Assembly (NCBI RefSeq): GCF_006345805.1
Contig: NC_042999.1
Coordinates: forward strand, 130,696,001 to 130,760,000
DNA from: Octopus sinensis
Lineage: Eukaryota
Direction: 5' to 3'
DNA length: 64,000 nucleotides
The position numbers and the translations under genes were made by a program. Positions 10,395-22,492 of this stretch are shown here, piece after piece (positions within the stretch are counted from its first letter, which is position 1; each line of letters begins with the position of its first letter). The notes beneath the pieces are model-generated. The model was not told where the DNA came from. It worked only from the letters and a program-made list of their open reading frames with translations, and made no database searches.

Positions 10395-10606
10395 TTTTTC
10401 TATTCCAAAAAAAAAAAAAACGATTTCCCACAGCTTTATCGATCGCATTCTCACCTGAAATCGATTTTTGTAATTTTTTTCAAAACTTATACACACCCTG
10501 ATACCGTCGGTATCTACATATCAAATTTGAGCACAATCGGATGGAGGATGCCCGAGATCCTAGAAGACACACACACAGACAGACAGAACGGATTTTATAT
10601 AATAGA
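10395..10606 (-). mobile_element. Non-autonomous Helitron-type (DINE/HINE-like) repeat, 5' portion
   Basis: The minus strand starts A|TCTATTATATAAAATCCGTTCTGTCTGTCTGTGTGTG..CCGATTGTGCTCAAATTTG: 5' TC after a host A, (CTGT)n microsatellite. The 3' boundary was not found. Confidence 0.6.
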
Positions 10607-10869
10607 TTATCATTACAAACAATCTATAATCAAAAAACAAGAATCATGATTCAATGGCAGTACTGATCCACGTGATTGAGGATGATTTCTAGAGTGGTTT
10701 GCTGGCGTAGTTTTAGAGCCATAAGGGGGATCTAAACTAATCACAGCAAGCTAACAAAACACTCATTCATAATATAGCCTCCCCTCCGCCTGTTAACGTT
10801 GCGTAGTCAGTTGTAGCTATCAAATATTATCAATGTACAGCTACGAAAACTTATTTATTTAAAAGTAAA

Positions 10870-10897
10870 CTAGACTTACTACCCATCCTTGCCCGGT
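10870..10897 (-). mobile_element. Isolated Helitron-type 3' terminus
   Basis: The reverse complement reads ACCGGGCAAGGATGGGTAGTAAGTCTAG|T, the same layout as 3636-3662. Confidence 0.5.
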
Positions 10898-11403
10898 AAA
10901 GTATTCACGGAATTGTTTACCAGTTTGTAGAATGGGAATTCACGGTAGTTATGCATGTGTATATATAACCTAACTTTTGGATTTATTTAATTGGAACTAT
11001 CCAAACAATAGTAATCAATTTACATGAATAGAAGCCTTTTGTTATTTTTTATCCTGATAATCACCTGTTACTTTTGTTTTAAAGTGAAAGAGAGAAGATG
11101 AAAGATGTATGAATGTGTATATGAAATGGACGTGTGTGTGTGCGTGTGAGGGAGAGAGGGAGAATGTGCTACTTACATATTCATGAGAACACACACATTC
11201 ACTCACTCACACAGACACACACACACACACACACACACTCTCTCTCTCTCTCTTTCTATCTATCTATCTATCTCTCACACATACACATGCACACGTACAT
11301 GCAAAGAAAGGTGTACGCATATGTATTGATGTATGTACATATACATGACGACACACACCTACCTTCACTCTCTCCCTTTTTCTTTCTCCCTTCCTCTCTC
11401 CCT

Positions 11404-11448
<45 letters not shown>

Positions 11449-11498
11449 ACACACACACACACACAAACATACGTCCATTTCATTTACACGTACATACA

Positions 11499-12268
11499 TG
11501 TAACGATCGATTGATTTGTAACGGTAGATATTGGATTTGGTATACAATATTATGAAGAGATGTTTGAGTCAGCAGTTGTGACGATAGAAATAATTTGTTA
11601 TTATGATTGCATGTTGTAAAAATGTGGAAGATGAACAATATATGAAGTTTTATGGAAATTGTTTATTTACCGTTACGTTACAATGCCTTGCCTCGACGGG
11701 CAGGTTGATAAATCCAAAAGCATGCCAAAGTTAAGTTTGCTGCGGTAGAATGTTTCTTTACATAGTTTTACGTATACGAATATATAGTAGTAATTCACAG
11801 ATAGCGATAGAATGATGTTGTAAGAGAACGGAATTCGAACTAGTGAGAGTGAGAGAGTGTGACAGTAAACTTCATTTCTCTCTGTGACCAAGGTTGGTCA
11901 GCCAGACTTCGTTGAGTCGTCGCGATGTAACTGACTCTGGCTGAGTCGTCACCCGGCTGGTGACTAACTGATTTTTGCTTGGGATGTGCTTGCTTATATT
12001 AAGATCCAGAAGGATAGATATATCATTGAGAACAATAGATTTAGTTGGTGGTCTCGCTATCTATTCTAGCTTTTGGTGAAGTAGAAGAGGTTAGAAAGGG
12101 TCAAGTAGTGAAGCCATTATTTCGGCCTAGCTAAAAGCAATCTGGAAATTGTAAAACTGCTGCCAGAGAAAAACCATTGTTCCACCGTGGGAAAAGTTCT
12201 GTAGCAGTGTTGATTTAAATTTGGCTATGTTGGATCGAATCCGCTTCATGCATGCAAGATTCGCTACA
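11499..12268 (-). mobile_element. LTR (~770 bp) of an LTR retrotransposon; a 3' LTR
   Basis: TGTA..TACA termini (rc TGTAGCGAATC..CGTTACA), colinear with 43210-43985. TATA-like box precedes AATAAA on the minus strand. Confidence 0.78.
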
Positions 12269-12680
12269 CACACTCCCCCGCTAGTGAGCTTCCTGGTAAC
12301 AAAACGAATGATCGAAGGAAAAAAAAGAAATGCATGGTAAGGGAGAACTTTTGCATATCAGGAGAGAGGATCGTTGAAGTGTATACGGGACAGTTCTCTA
12401 TTCGGATTAGTTCGAATAGCGGTGTCGCTTTGCCTGCCAAAATGTGTGCAGTCAGTGACTGGGCAGTACAGCAAATGAGCGCGTGTGTGCGCGTGAGGGC
12501 GTATACAGGAGTGCAGGGGCACGTTTCGAAATTGAATGTAAAATAAGCTCAGGTGAGCGAGTGAGTGTATTCTCAATCGGTGATATAAAAGATCTTTCTG
12601 CAGGGTTGCAGTGTGTGAAATGCCTTGAAGGTGAAATGCCCGAAGTGAAATGCGTCTCGAGCTGTTGTCGTGGTTAATTG
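12269..12680 (-). mobile_element. Polypurine tract and residual internal region adjoining the LTR
   Basis: rc GCGGGGGAGTG lies immediately before the LTR's TG. The extent of the internal region is a guess. Confidence 0.5.
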
Positions 12681-13162
12681 CTGAGTTAGCAATTAGATAT
12701 CACAAAAAACTTGTACTGCACTGCTGAATTTAAGTATGAAAATAAATATGTAAAAAGTTTTTAGATAAAATATACTATTTCTGAGATAATTCAGTTACAC
12801 ACAAACAACCCTAGAGTTTTAGTATTATGAAGATGATCTGGGTCTAAGACACTATGCATCACAGATAACGAGATACGAACCATCAATCATTCGGTTACTA
12901 ATCCAGCACCCTATCCACTTCTCTACTTCTGTTTCTCTTTCACATCTCTCGCCTAATACATTTGCCTATCCACTCAATGCTTGTTAACAGAGAAACTACT
13001 GTCTATTACAATTTTGTATCTTTCTTAATTTTGTAAATATTTTGTATATCGCTTTATGGTCTAGCATTGGGAATTTCTACAGATGCTGACATAAGATAGG
13101 AATCAGGTTAATTTTCTGATCTTACTGTGTCTACATGAATGCAGTTGCACTGACTGTGTATG

Positions 13163-13362
13163 TATCATTAGCGATTTTTCCCTCCGTCTTCCCTTCCTTG
13201 GATCTTTCCTTTTCCTATGTTTCTGACGAAGAGCTCCGCTCGAAACGTTAAATCCTCCTTCATTCTTTCCTTTCCTGAACGTCCAATAACACTATACTTG
13301 TTCCACGTCCTCGCGTTGTTGTGTTTTCTCTTTGTGTTTTCATGTTTGGATTAACTATATAT
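13163..13362 (+). mobile_element. Penelope-like element terminal fragment ending near a short TA run
   Basis: Pyrimidine-rich segment containing CTGACGAAGAGCTCCGCTCGAAACGTT, the CTGANGA..CGAAAC motif typical of PLE terminal repeats. Confidence 0.6.
13219..13253 (+). ncRNA. Minimal type I hammerhead ribozyme-like motif
   Basis: GUUU [stem I] CUGACGA A GAGC-UCC-GCUC [stem II] GAA ACGU [palindromic stem III] U | AAAU. Confidence 0.65.
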
Positions 13363-13577
13363 ACAGCCTGACAGAGACAGGCAGAAATATGGAAAATGCC
13401 ACTTGTATTTGAACACTATACAAATATTCTTTTTAAAAAACTTTTCTTTTAATTTTTCAAAATTTAATTATTTAATTGTTACAGTTGAAAAAGTTTCAAT
13501 GACTGAAACCGGTACTGAAATGTCTTTTATAAAATTATTTTAGCATTTTCTATTTTGACTTTTTTTCCATATATATG

Positions 13578-13666
<89 letters not shown>

Positions 13667-14352
13667 ACTGCTTAGAAACAAAAATTGGACATTAATGAGC
13701 TCTATTGCGTTAAATGTCATGAGAATAATGAAAGACAGCGGAATACATGTGTGTGGAAATAATCTTACATATAATTCAACATGCATTTAGTAATTAATAC
13801 ATACATACGAGCATACATACCTACAGACATACATACATGCACTTATCTGCAACACACGTATGCATGTGTGTATATGTGCGTGTCTACACATGTCAAACAC
13901 ATACTCGTATATATAAGCAACTGGAAAGCAGGAACAAGGTAGTAATTATGACCCGATATGATTTCTACGATGTTGAGTCGTGGTAGCGATTGATTGATTC
14001 TAGTTTCAGCTCACGAGCTGTGGCCATGCTGGGGCACCGGTATCTCAGCAAAATGGCAGAAATTAGTAAAATTGTATAGGAGTTCCTCAATCTCTGTATA
14101 GAGAGACTGAGAATCCAAGCAGAAGATTGCTACAATGCCTCGAGGTCAACGTAAGTTGTTAGGAGATGTTTAGTCAATTAAATCGTTCTAATTTCTTATT
14201 TTACCAACCGCAAAATTTGAAATTACAACGTTTAGGCACCAAAGAAAATACTGCTAGGAATTTTTCATCCCAAACTCTATCATAATTGTTTTATCATCTC
14301 CTTTAGCAACCTTTGCTTCATTGTCGTCGTTGTTGTTTGTGCCAATGATGTA

Positions 14353-14520
14353 TACAAAGTGCGGTCAAAACGTACCCGACTTACTTTTCCCGCCAAAAGT
14401 AAAGCCGCATGAGCAAAATCCTGTGGGTGTAAGGTGGTGCCACCCTTCTAGTGCATGCATGAAAATTTTCGAGCCAGTAGACCTTGTCAGTTCCCGATTT
14501 GAGTACCTTTAACAGAGTCC
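14353..14520 (+). mobile_element. mariner-like left-end remnant
   Basis: TA+CAAAGTGCGGTCAAAACGTACCCGACTT resembles the TIR of the 41593-42743 element; no partner TIR seen. Confidence 0.4.
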
Positions 14521-15599
14521 ACTATGTTCCCAGCATTGAGCTACATATCCGGTTTGCGGATTTCTTCCTCTCTCCCTCTCACTAGTCTCGAAGGTCCTAT
14601 TTAAGATCATAGGATTAAAAAAGCTAGCAAAAAATATTGGACTGTAACTGGTCAGGACGGTGAAATTTGTTTCTTACCTACTGAAGAGACGATAGCTAGA
14701 AACCAACCAACACTATCTACACCACAGTTTCTCATGGGTAGGGGACTACGTGAGGATAGAAAAGAGTTGGGTCGACATATTGATCTGTTTATCAAGATTA
14801 ACATGTCTTTAAACTTCTTCAACTCTATAGCAAAGAAAGAAAAATGATATGGATACCAACTATTCTGCCTCACTTTAACAGAAAGAAAAAACCACGAGAT
14901 GGTCATGGATGGAACGCTTTAGGTCATTGGCAAATGGGTATGTATGGGTGGCAGTTTGGGAACCACTGGTCTGCACTACAGTCAAGAGATTTACGTCACG
15001 CAACTTGATCCATCTTGTAAATATGTACCGTTGAAATGGATTACTCTCCACCGCCAACAGCTTTGAACACTTTACAACCGTCAAGTATTTTGTCGCGTTG
15101 TAGTACTGAGTTCAAATGCTCTTTCCATGAGTACGGCTTAGAGAACATCAGGTGATATGAGGCTGATTGCTTTTTCTACATAAAGCTAAATTTGTTTAAT
15201 CTTGGATCAATTTTGATCGAACAGGCCTTAATCAGAGTCGTACGTTCCAACCGTGATCATTCAGTCTTATTGTCAATTACTGTGTGATATCTAGGACACT
15301 TTCTGGGTTGGCTAAAAATTGAAACTAACTGTTTATATCTTTTTGCTATTAATTTCTATAGAAAATGAAAATGATTTTTATCATCAGCAAGCAAAATTAC
15401 CTCAGTTTAGAAAACTTTTAAAAATCCTGATAGTGGGAAGTATTTTAAAAGATCCCACTTTCGGTGTATCCTTTTGAGATAACAGGATGGGATTTGAGGA
15501 AGATTTGGCTGTTGAGTGATCACATAGAAACTCCTTCGATAGCTCGTGAGAACGGACTGTTTTAGTTGTGAAGTTACAACTCAAAAATTTATGGGATTT

Positions 15600-15810
15600 A
15601 ATCACGTGGTTGTTGTTTTTCTTGTTGTTCGCCCAGTTCAGTTCGTGACAGAGCAGACTTATGACCAAAAGTGTTCCAATCATCCCGTATTTTTTTAATC
15701 AGGACAACATTACCCAATATGCCCTTTCCTCTTCAAAACGGCAAGGTATAACCTTAGGATGATTTGACTGCTATTTGTAACAGATGGACAGAATGCAAAG
15801 AGGCCCTTTT
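15600..15810 (+). repeat. Old interspersed repeat (working family D)
   Basis: Motifs GGATG(T)GAT(C/T)TGA..GATTTG(G/A)CTGCTATTT recur near 15490, 27630, 28800, 38850, 49480, 50540 and 61640. Class uncertain, probably a SINE. Confidence 0.45.
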
Positions 15811-18049
15811 GTTGGATTGTACTTTACTCTGTATAAAATGGTTACTCTATGAAAAACAAAAATAAAATATAATTGGATTCATTTAAACTGCACTTAGTTA
15901 TACAGATTAAATTTATAGAGCTGGTATAGTTAGTTTAATTGTATATATAAAAAAAGTTTACCTATAAAATCTTAAGTAAAGAAAGACTCACTCTTGGTTG
16001 TGAAGTCCTATTTTGTCCAATATTTATACATTCGAATCATCGTAAAAAAAAAACTGTAGTTATTTACTTTCAAGATTAGAGTGTGTTAATAGTCATGATT
16101 TTTGTTTTTCTTGTTATTTTATGCTTGTATTAATTCTCTCAAAGAATACATTTAAAAATAAGTATTTCTGGTACAAAATTACACAATCACTAAAACTGCA
16201 AAGGTCTTATATTGCTTTCTTTCTTTTTCCTTTTTCTTTTTTTTTTCTTCCTTTTTTTATGCTTTAAAGTATTTAAAGAATTCGTTCGCTTCAGTTTCAC
16301 CAGTAAAATTGTTTTCATGTGCTGCAAGTATTAAATTTAGTTTTCAAAACACATGACCCCCGATAAGGAGTCTGATCGTAAGATAAATTATGCTCTCCGT
16401 ACAGCTAAACTGTATAAAGTACTGAGAGATATGTGATAATGTATGTTGACATTATCAGCTAAGGTGGGGGTGACGAAGCAGACGGTGAAAAGGCGAGCTA
16501 TATTTCCTTTCTTTCTTTTTTTCTTTATCTGGTTCGTTGTTACACGCTCTTAAGTTCAAACTCCTTTATTTTATTTATATTTGGAGGAGAGAGGGTAGAT
16601 TCAAGAAAACAGGTACCAGTTATATACAAAAAATAGTAAGCAACATACAATGGAGAAATACTTTAGAGGAACGGAGTCCACAACCTGCTTTGCTTGTGGT
16701 AATTAACTTTGTATACACTACAACTGTCATTGACAAAAATTATATATATGCTACAACTTGTATTTTCTCTTCCAATGAAGAAGATAACAAAGCTCATAAT
16801 CTAATTAATGCTGTTCAAACACTCAAGTCAAAAATTCAAATGAGATTGGTTTTTATTTCATTATTGAGTAAAATAGTTTCTCCTGTCTTTGAATATATTT
16901 GTGAGATTTAATCCATTATATCTATACCAGAGGATGTGACATCAAGTTAAGCAAGGTAGGTATTGCCTACCCACGTTTAACACTATCACTATTAATCTTT
17001 ACAAGTAAATGTCTTCCTTTCATTATAAAAGAAATGCTAATTTTCTATGTATAATTCCGTAAATGGCTATTGCTACACTCACACACACAAATGCATGACT
17101 TTGGCTCCAAAATGCATTTTATATTGTATCACTAACGTGAAAATAATTTCCTGCTATTCGTTCAGTAATCATTACAGAAGTAAAAGTGTGTGAGTTTGTG
17201 TATTAAATCGTTTTTCACTGATGCTGGAGATTGTTTTTAAAATCATATATTATTTCATGTGAGCGTATTAAATAAGAATGATATTCGTCTGTGTGTGCGA
17301 CTAAAAGTAATTTCTTTTGTCTACGTTTTTTTTTACACATTTTATCCTTAGCCTTTTATGTTGGCAATTACTTTATTAATGCCTATGCATAGAGCCATCT
17401 TAAAACATGAGCAATCTGGGCAGTTGCTCGGTGGGTCTCAGGGATATAGGGCTAATCTAAGTATGCTGTGCTTATGTATATAGTGACTCTAGTGCGTTAC
17501 TTTGTCCGTGAGCTTATTTTGTTGTTAACACAACCTTACACATGTATACTCTTTTTGCCACACGAAGTTCTGTCTTTCCTGCTTTTGCTGAACAAACCCA
17601 TTAACTCAGTCAACAACAACTCTTTCAATGTTACTGACAATTTCAGGCTTCTCACAGTTAGTTCCAGAAATAAATTCTGGTGTCTCGTGACTTAAGGCAG
17701 CTTTTAATAGAATTAAATGAAAACTAATTTTATAAACATGATATTAACCGTTTTCAAAATGAATGTTTTTATAAATAAATTCTCTTTCTAAGCAGGTTTT
17801 GTTTCATTTAATGACACTGATATTTGGATGGAGTGAGTTGTCTTTAAATTACAGATGTAGGTTGTGCGATATTTGACAAATTGTATGAGTTCTGCACCAA
17901 AATGAGTTTGAGAATTGCCGCGTTAAGCTACCGATTTCAATATTTTGATAGCAAATGGGATGTGCTTCCGACAAACTACGTCTGTAACCCTATTTCCATT
18001 ATCTGTCCCACTTTTGGAGGAAACGTAACATTACAACGCCTTATTTTCC

Positions 18050-18247
18050 TAATAATGATTTCAAATTTTAGCACAAGGCCAGCAATTTAGGGTGAGAGGG
18101 TAAGTTTGCATCGACCCCAGTGCTCAAATGGTATCTATTTTCTCGACCCCGAAAGGACGAAAAGCGAAGTCGACTCAGAACGCAAAGACTGACGAAATGC
18201 TGCTAAACATTTCGCTCGGTGTGATAACGATTCTGCCAGCTCGCCAC
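18050..18247 (-). mobile_element. SINE family A, diverged
   Basis: TCGACCCCGAAAGGACGAAAAGCGAAGTCGAC..CTAACGATTCTGCCAGCTCGCCACC. Confidence 0.82.
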
Positions 18248-18714
18248 CCTGCTTATTCTCCCAACAGTACGAAGATGTGTGTCTGGTCTATAAAAAAAAA
18301 TAACAGTATTTTAGACTAAGACATTGCACAATAAAGCAAGAATGAAACTTCCGAGCAGTCGTGTCGGCAATCCAGTTTCAATTCATTTGAGAAAGACACA
18401 GCTTCATCTAGTCCAGGGGGTTCACTGGTCTAGGGGCCAAATTCTGATGTATATGTACTGTGGCTTGCTCTCAAATAAATGCTGTAGAGCCAATGCATGA
18501 ATTTGTCTGGGGTTTTATAATACTGCTAAAACGGCCCTGGCTTCACCCCCATATAAGTGTAGCTTTATCTCCATATATCAACTTGATTATGGCTAGCAAT
18601 ACAGTTGTAAAAAAAATCTGTTGAGACCTCTGCATGTGAAATAGAATCTACTTCCTTCACTTCTTAAATCACGTTAATGCTATTGCGATTAGAGAGAGAC
18701 GGTAGAGCCTGGCA

Positions 18715-19256
18715 CAGTGGCGTCGCTAATAGAAGATCAAGGAGAGCGACCCCTCTCCGCGAGCACATTTTTCAAAATTGGCGTCTTTTCAACAGTTTTT
18801 TTTTTAATTCATTAGTTTACTTGTGCGATAGAAGTCGAATTTCTCTTTTTTCTTTTCCTAATTGCTTGGCCTTGGAAGAACTTTCTGGAATAATTACTTT
18901 ATTTGACCAGCCTCCCTTGTTTTTGAACTGTCTGCCCAATCTCCTGTGATGTGTTGGTAGCTGCTGACATCTGAAGAACTAAAACAAACCCTGATATCAT
19001 AACCTCTCTACACTGGGCGATCTCGTGAAGTGTCATCTTTTTTACGTCACACCTATATCAGTAGTTGTAAGTTTTATACATAATGGCATTGTCAAAGAAA
19101 CATGAAATTCATGAATGTAGAATACAATTACGTATAACTAATGAAATATTTTGCGTAATATAAGAGAAATAAGTCAAAAATTGTTTGGTATGTGTCGCGG
19201 AGCCTTTTTTTTTATGCGCTCGCTCCCCGAAACTTTAGAATTTGGCTACGCCACAG
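18715..19256 (-). mobile_element. Non-autonomous hAT element (Tip100-like TIRs), 542 bp
   Basis: TIRs CAGTGGCGTCGC / GCTACGCCACAG; 8-bp TSD GCCTGGCA / ATCTGGCA (6/8). Lys-rich transposase-start-like remnant on the minus strand (SSKAKQLGKEKEKF). Confidence 0.75.
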
Positions 19257-20169
19257 ATCTGGCAATTTCATTAGGACACTGGATAAAATATCTTACAGTA
19301 TTTAAGTCTCTTTAAGTTTTGAATTTAAATTCCACAGAAGTTTTTTTTTTTTTTTACCTACACTCTTCCGAGGACAAATACCAGCATAAAACTAGAGTCA
19401 ATTAAGCTGAGTATACTTTTTCCGCACAAAATATTTGACCTGGTACCTAAGTTAGAAATTGTTATTATGGCTGGAGAAGTACAGTAACTGGGAGAAGTAA
19501 ATATATTATTCTTGACGTCCAAACTGTAACGTCATATTCCATTGAAAGTAATGCATTGTATTTATGCAAAATAATGCTCAACTCTACTTACTGAAATGTT
19601 TTATGCCTAATTTATAAAATATTATTATGTATGGCGCCGTCCTACGGAACTAGACAGTGGGTCGTTTCGCTTGTTTAAATTTACATGTCTACTTAACCAA
19701 TTGATAATTAATTGCAGCGTCACAGTTTGGTAACAAACCCAATTTCACGATACAGTGTCCATTCCCAATTGGAACAGTTTTATTTACGTTGTTAACGTTT
19801 TTTTTTTTTTTTTGTGGAAGACACGGGCGTCAGAATTCCCTAAGATGATTATTATATCTCTTGAAATACCTCAAAGTAGAGCAGTAGTTCCTTCTGTAAG
19901 AAGTTCTAGTCCAGTGTCAAATGTTTAAGAGATTCAAATAGCAAACGATGATAACTTAGCTAAAAACCCTCTCAGTCTCTCTCTTTCTCTCTACCACTCT
20001 CTTTCTTTCTTTCTCTCTCCCTCTCCCCCCCTCTCTCTCTCATTAGGTTCTACAACGGGTCTAAGAAGATATTCTTTTCTTTGTTCGAAATTTCCATTGC
20101 TATTTCTGGTCTGGATACCATCTGGAAAGCTAGAGTTAATAACATTTTCAGTAGATTAAGCTTGATATA

Positions 20170-20273
<104 letters not shown>

Positions 20274-21242
20274 TGCTTGACGCTATTGAGAAATATGAAT
20301 TTGTATAACTTTATAGACGACTACATAGCAACGGTAGCTTTACGTATGAAGCGTAAGTCATTAACATACCATAACAAGAATACAGACATAGACTTAACAA
20401 TCATGTATACAACTTCTCGCGTATGTATATGTTAAAGGTATTGGTGGTGGTATTGAGCACACATGCACGCGCGCACACACACATAAAAACACTCCTATTC
20501 TTACACACCGTTGTGATATTAGAAAAAATGTTTGTTAGGCCTTATAAAACCTAAATAAAGTAACATCACAAAAAGAACAAGGAGCAGACCATAATATTCA
20601 GATTTCATTTATTTTGCTTTTGATAAAAAGTTAAGTTACTTTACTTGAAGTGGTCGGCGAGTGTCTCAGGGCTCTCAACTTGAAAATAGTTAGAAGCTTA
20701 GTGTTCTAGTGTTTGTAAAGATTTCTCTGTAATATTTTTAATTATCCTCATGAATACAGCTGTAGTGGTTTTGTATAGGACTAGATGAAGGATTTTGAAG
20801 ATATTTGCCATTTAATTGATAGTAACAACAACAGCGTTAAACTTAATTGTTAATTATATCCTGACAAGTGGGGAGGATAAAGTTCTTATATAGATGTCTA
20901 TTTACCCCCTATTCCGGTAGCTAAAATAAAAACTTTGCTCGCCTATTCAAGTGTTATACTTTCGTGACCAAGAAACCGAATGAAATCTTTCCTTGAAATC
21001 AGAATGTTGACCTACCTTATGTTTCTCATAAGAGTCATCTTAATGGGCCAATAATTCTGTTTTTAATGTTGCTGCCTACTTCAACTGGCGCCTGAAACAA
21101 TGTTTCAATAAATATATACATAAATACTATTATTCGTTTACAAACAATGATCTCTATTTTCCAGTTTGAGTGAAACAGACGAGTTATTTTTCGTTTTTGG
21201 ATTTGGTTTGCAAGTCTTTATATGAGTTCGTGTGTTGAAGCA

Positions 21243-21345
21243 TATTCTGTTGTGTCTGAGGAGAGTCATTTTCTTTTTGTGCCTTATAATGTAACACACT
21301 CACCGATAAAATTTCCACTTATTTCTTATTTTTATTTTCCTAGTT
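21243..21345 (-). mobile_element. Fragment of a Penelope-like/unknown repeat (inverted partner of 21901-22010)
   Basis: The reverse complement matches 21907-22008 with about 5 mismatches; third copy at 59720-59860. Confidence 0.6.
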
Positions 21346-21874
21346 TTTTTTTTTTTTTGGTATGTAAGCATATGGATAAAAAAATAAACAGATCAACATA
21401 CAGACGGATAGGTACATAGGTTATAAGAACAGACAAGCACACATACGCAAATGGAGACTGAAACACATGACCATATATATATATACACACACACTTTACT
21501 CCACACAAGGACACATATGGAGACACGGATTCACACATGTAGAGATGCACATCCATCCATACATACAAACATAGTACATAGTTGCATAACACACACACAC
21601 ATGCACACACAAGGAGACAAAGGTGCATACATATACAAACACACGCTCACACACACATACATAGAAAATACACAAACACGGACATACAAGCACATGAATA
21701 TACGGGATACATACAGATGCACTCATACACACACATATATACATACATACACAAGCATACATACATACACACATACATACGTACATGCATGCATAGGCAC
21801 ACACACACACACACTGACCACACACATGCGCACAAATAAAAAAAAAGGAACGCAGTGTAAATAACGGACAGAGT

Positions 21875-22015
21875 CAAGACTATTGTTGCAAGACACAACG
21901 AAAATTTTAGGAAAATAAAAATAAGAAATAAGTGGAAATTTTACCGGCGAGTGTGTTATATTATAAGGCACAAAAAGAAAATGACTCTCCCCAGACACAA
22001 CAGAAGATGAGTTAT
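21875..22015 (+). mobile_element. Penelope-like/unknown repeat end with damaged hammerhead-like motif
   Basis: GACTATTGTTGCAAGACACAACGAAAATTTTAGGAAAATAAAAATAAG..GACTCTCCCCAGACACAA. Confidence 0.55.
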
Positions 22016-22244
22016 TGCAAATAATAATTTTATATTGAATCCGGATGAATGAGATTTGTAAAGGAACTAACATAATTTTGAGTTACATTAGATGGACATT
22101 CAAAATTCCTAGTCAAGTAAAACCAATTAGGAAAAAAATCGAATTTATAGGATAGAGGGAAGATGTTGTTTCAGTGATATCACCAACATTAATGTAGCGT
22201 CTGGATGAATACATTGTTTCTGAAGAGATAGTCAGGAACTTAAC

Positions 22245-22447
22245 AATAATAATCTTTCTACTATAGGCAAAAGGCCTGAAATTTGTGGAGAGTGGGTAAG
22301 TCGATTACAATCGATTCCAGTGCTCGACTGGTACTTATTTTATTGACTCCGAAAGGATGAAACGCATAGTCGACTTCGGAGGAATTTCAACTCAGAACGT
22401 AAAAAGGGACTAAATGCCGCTGATCCTTTTGTGCGATACGCTAACAA

Positions 22448-22452
<5 letters not shown>
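22245..22452 (-). mobile_element. SINE family A
   Basis: AATAATCTTTCTACTATAGGCA..GAAAGGATGAAA..GTCGACTTCGG..GCTAACAATTCTG. Confidence 0.82.

Positions 22453-22492
<40 letters not shown>

Noticed and set aside
16931-16955. 25-nt micro-exon (CCAG|..AAG|GTAGGT)
   Set aside because: Weak polypyrimidine tract and no neighbouring exon evidence; expected by chance.
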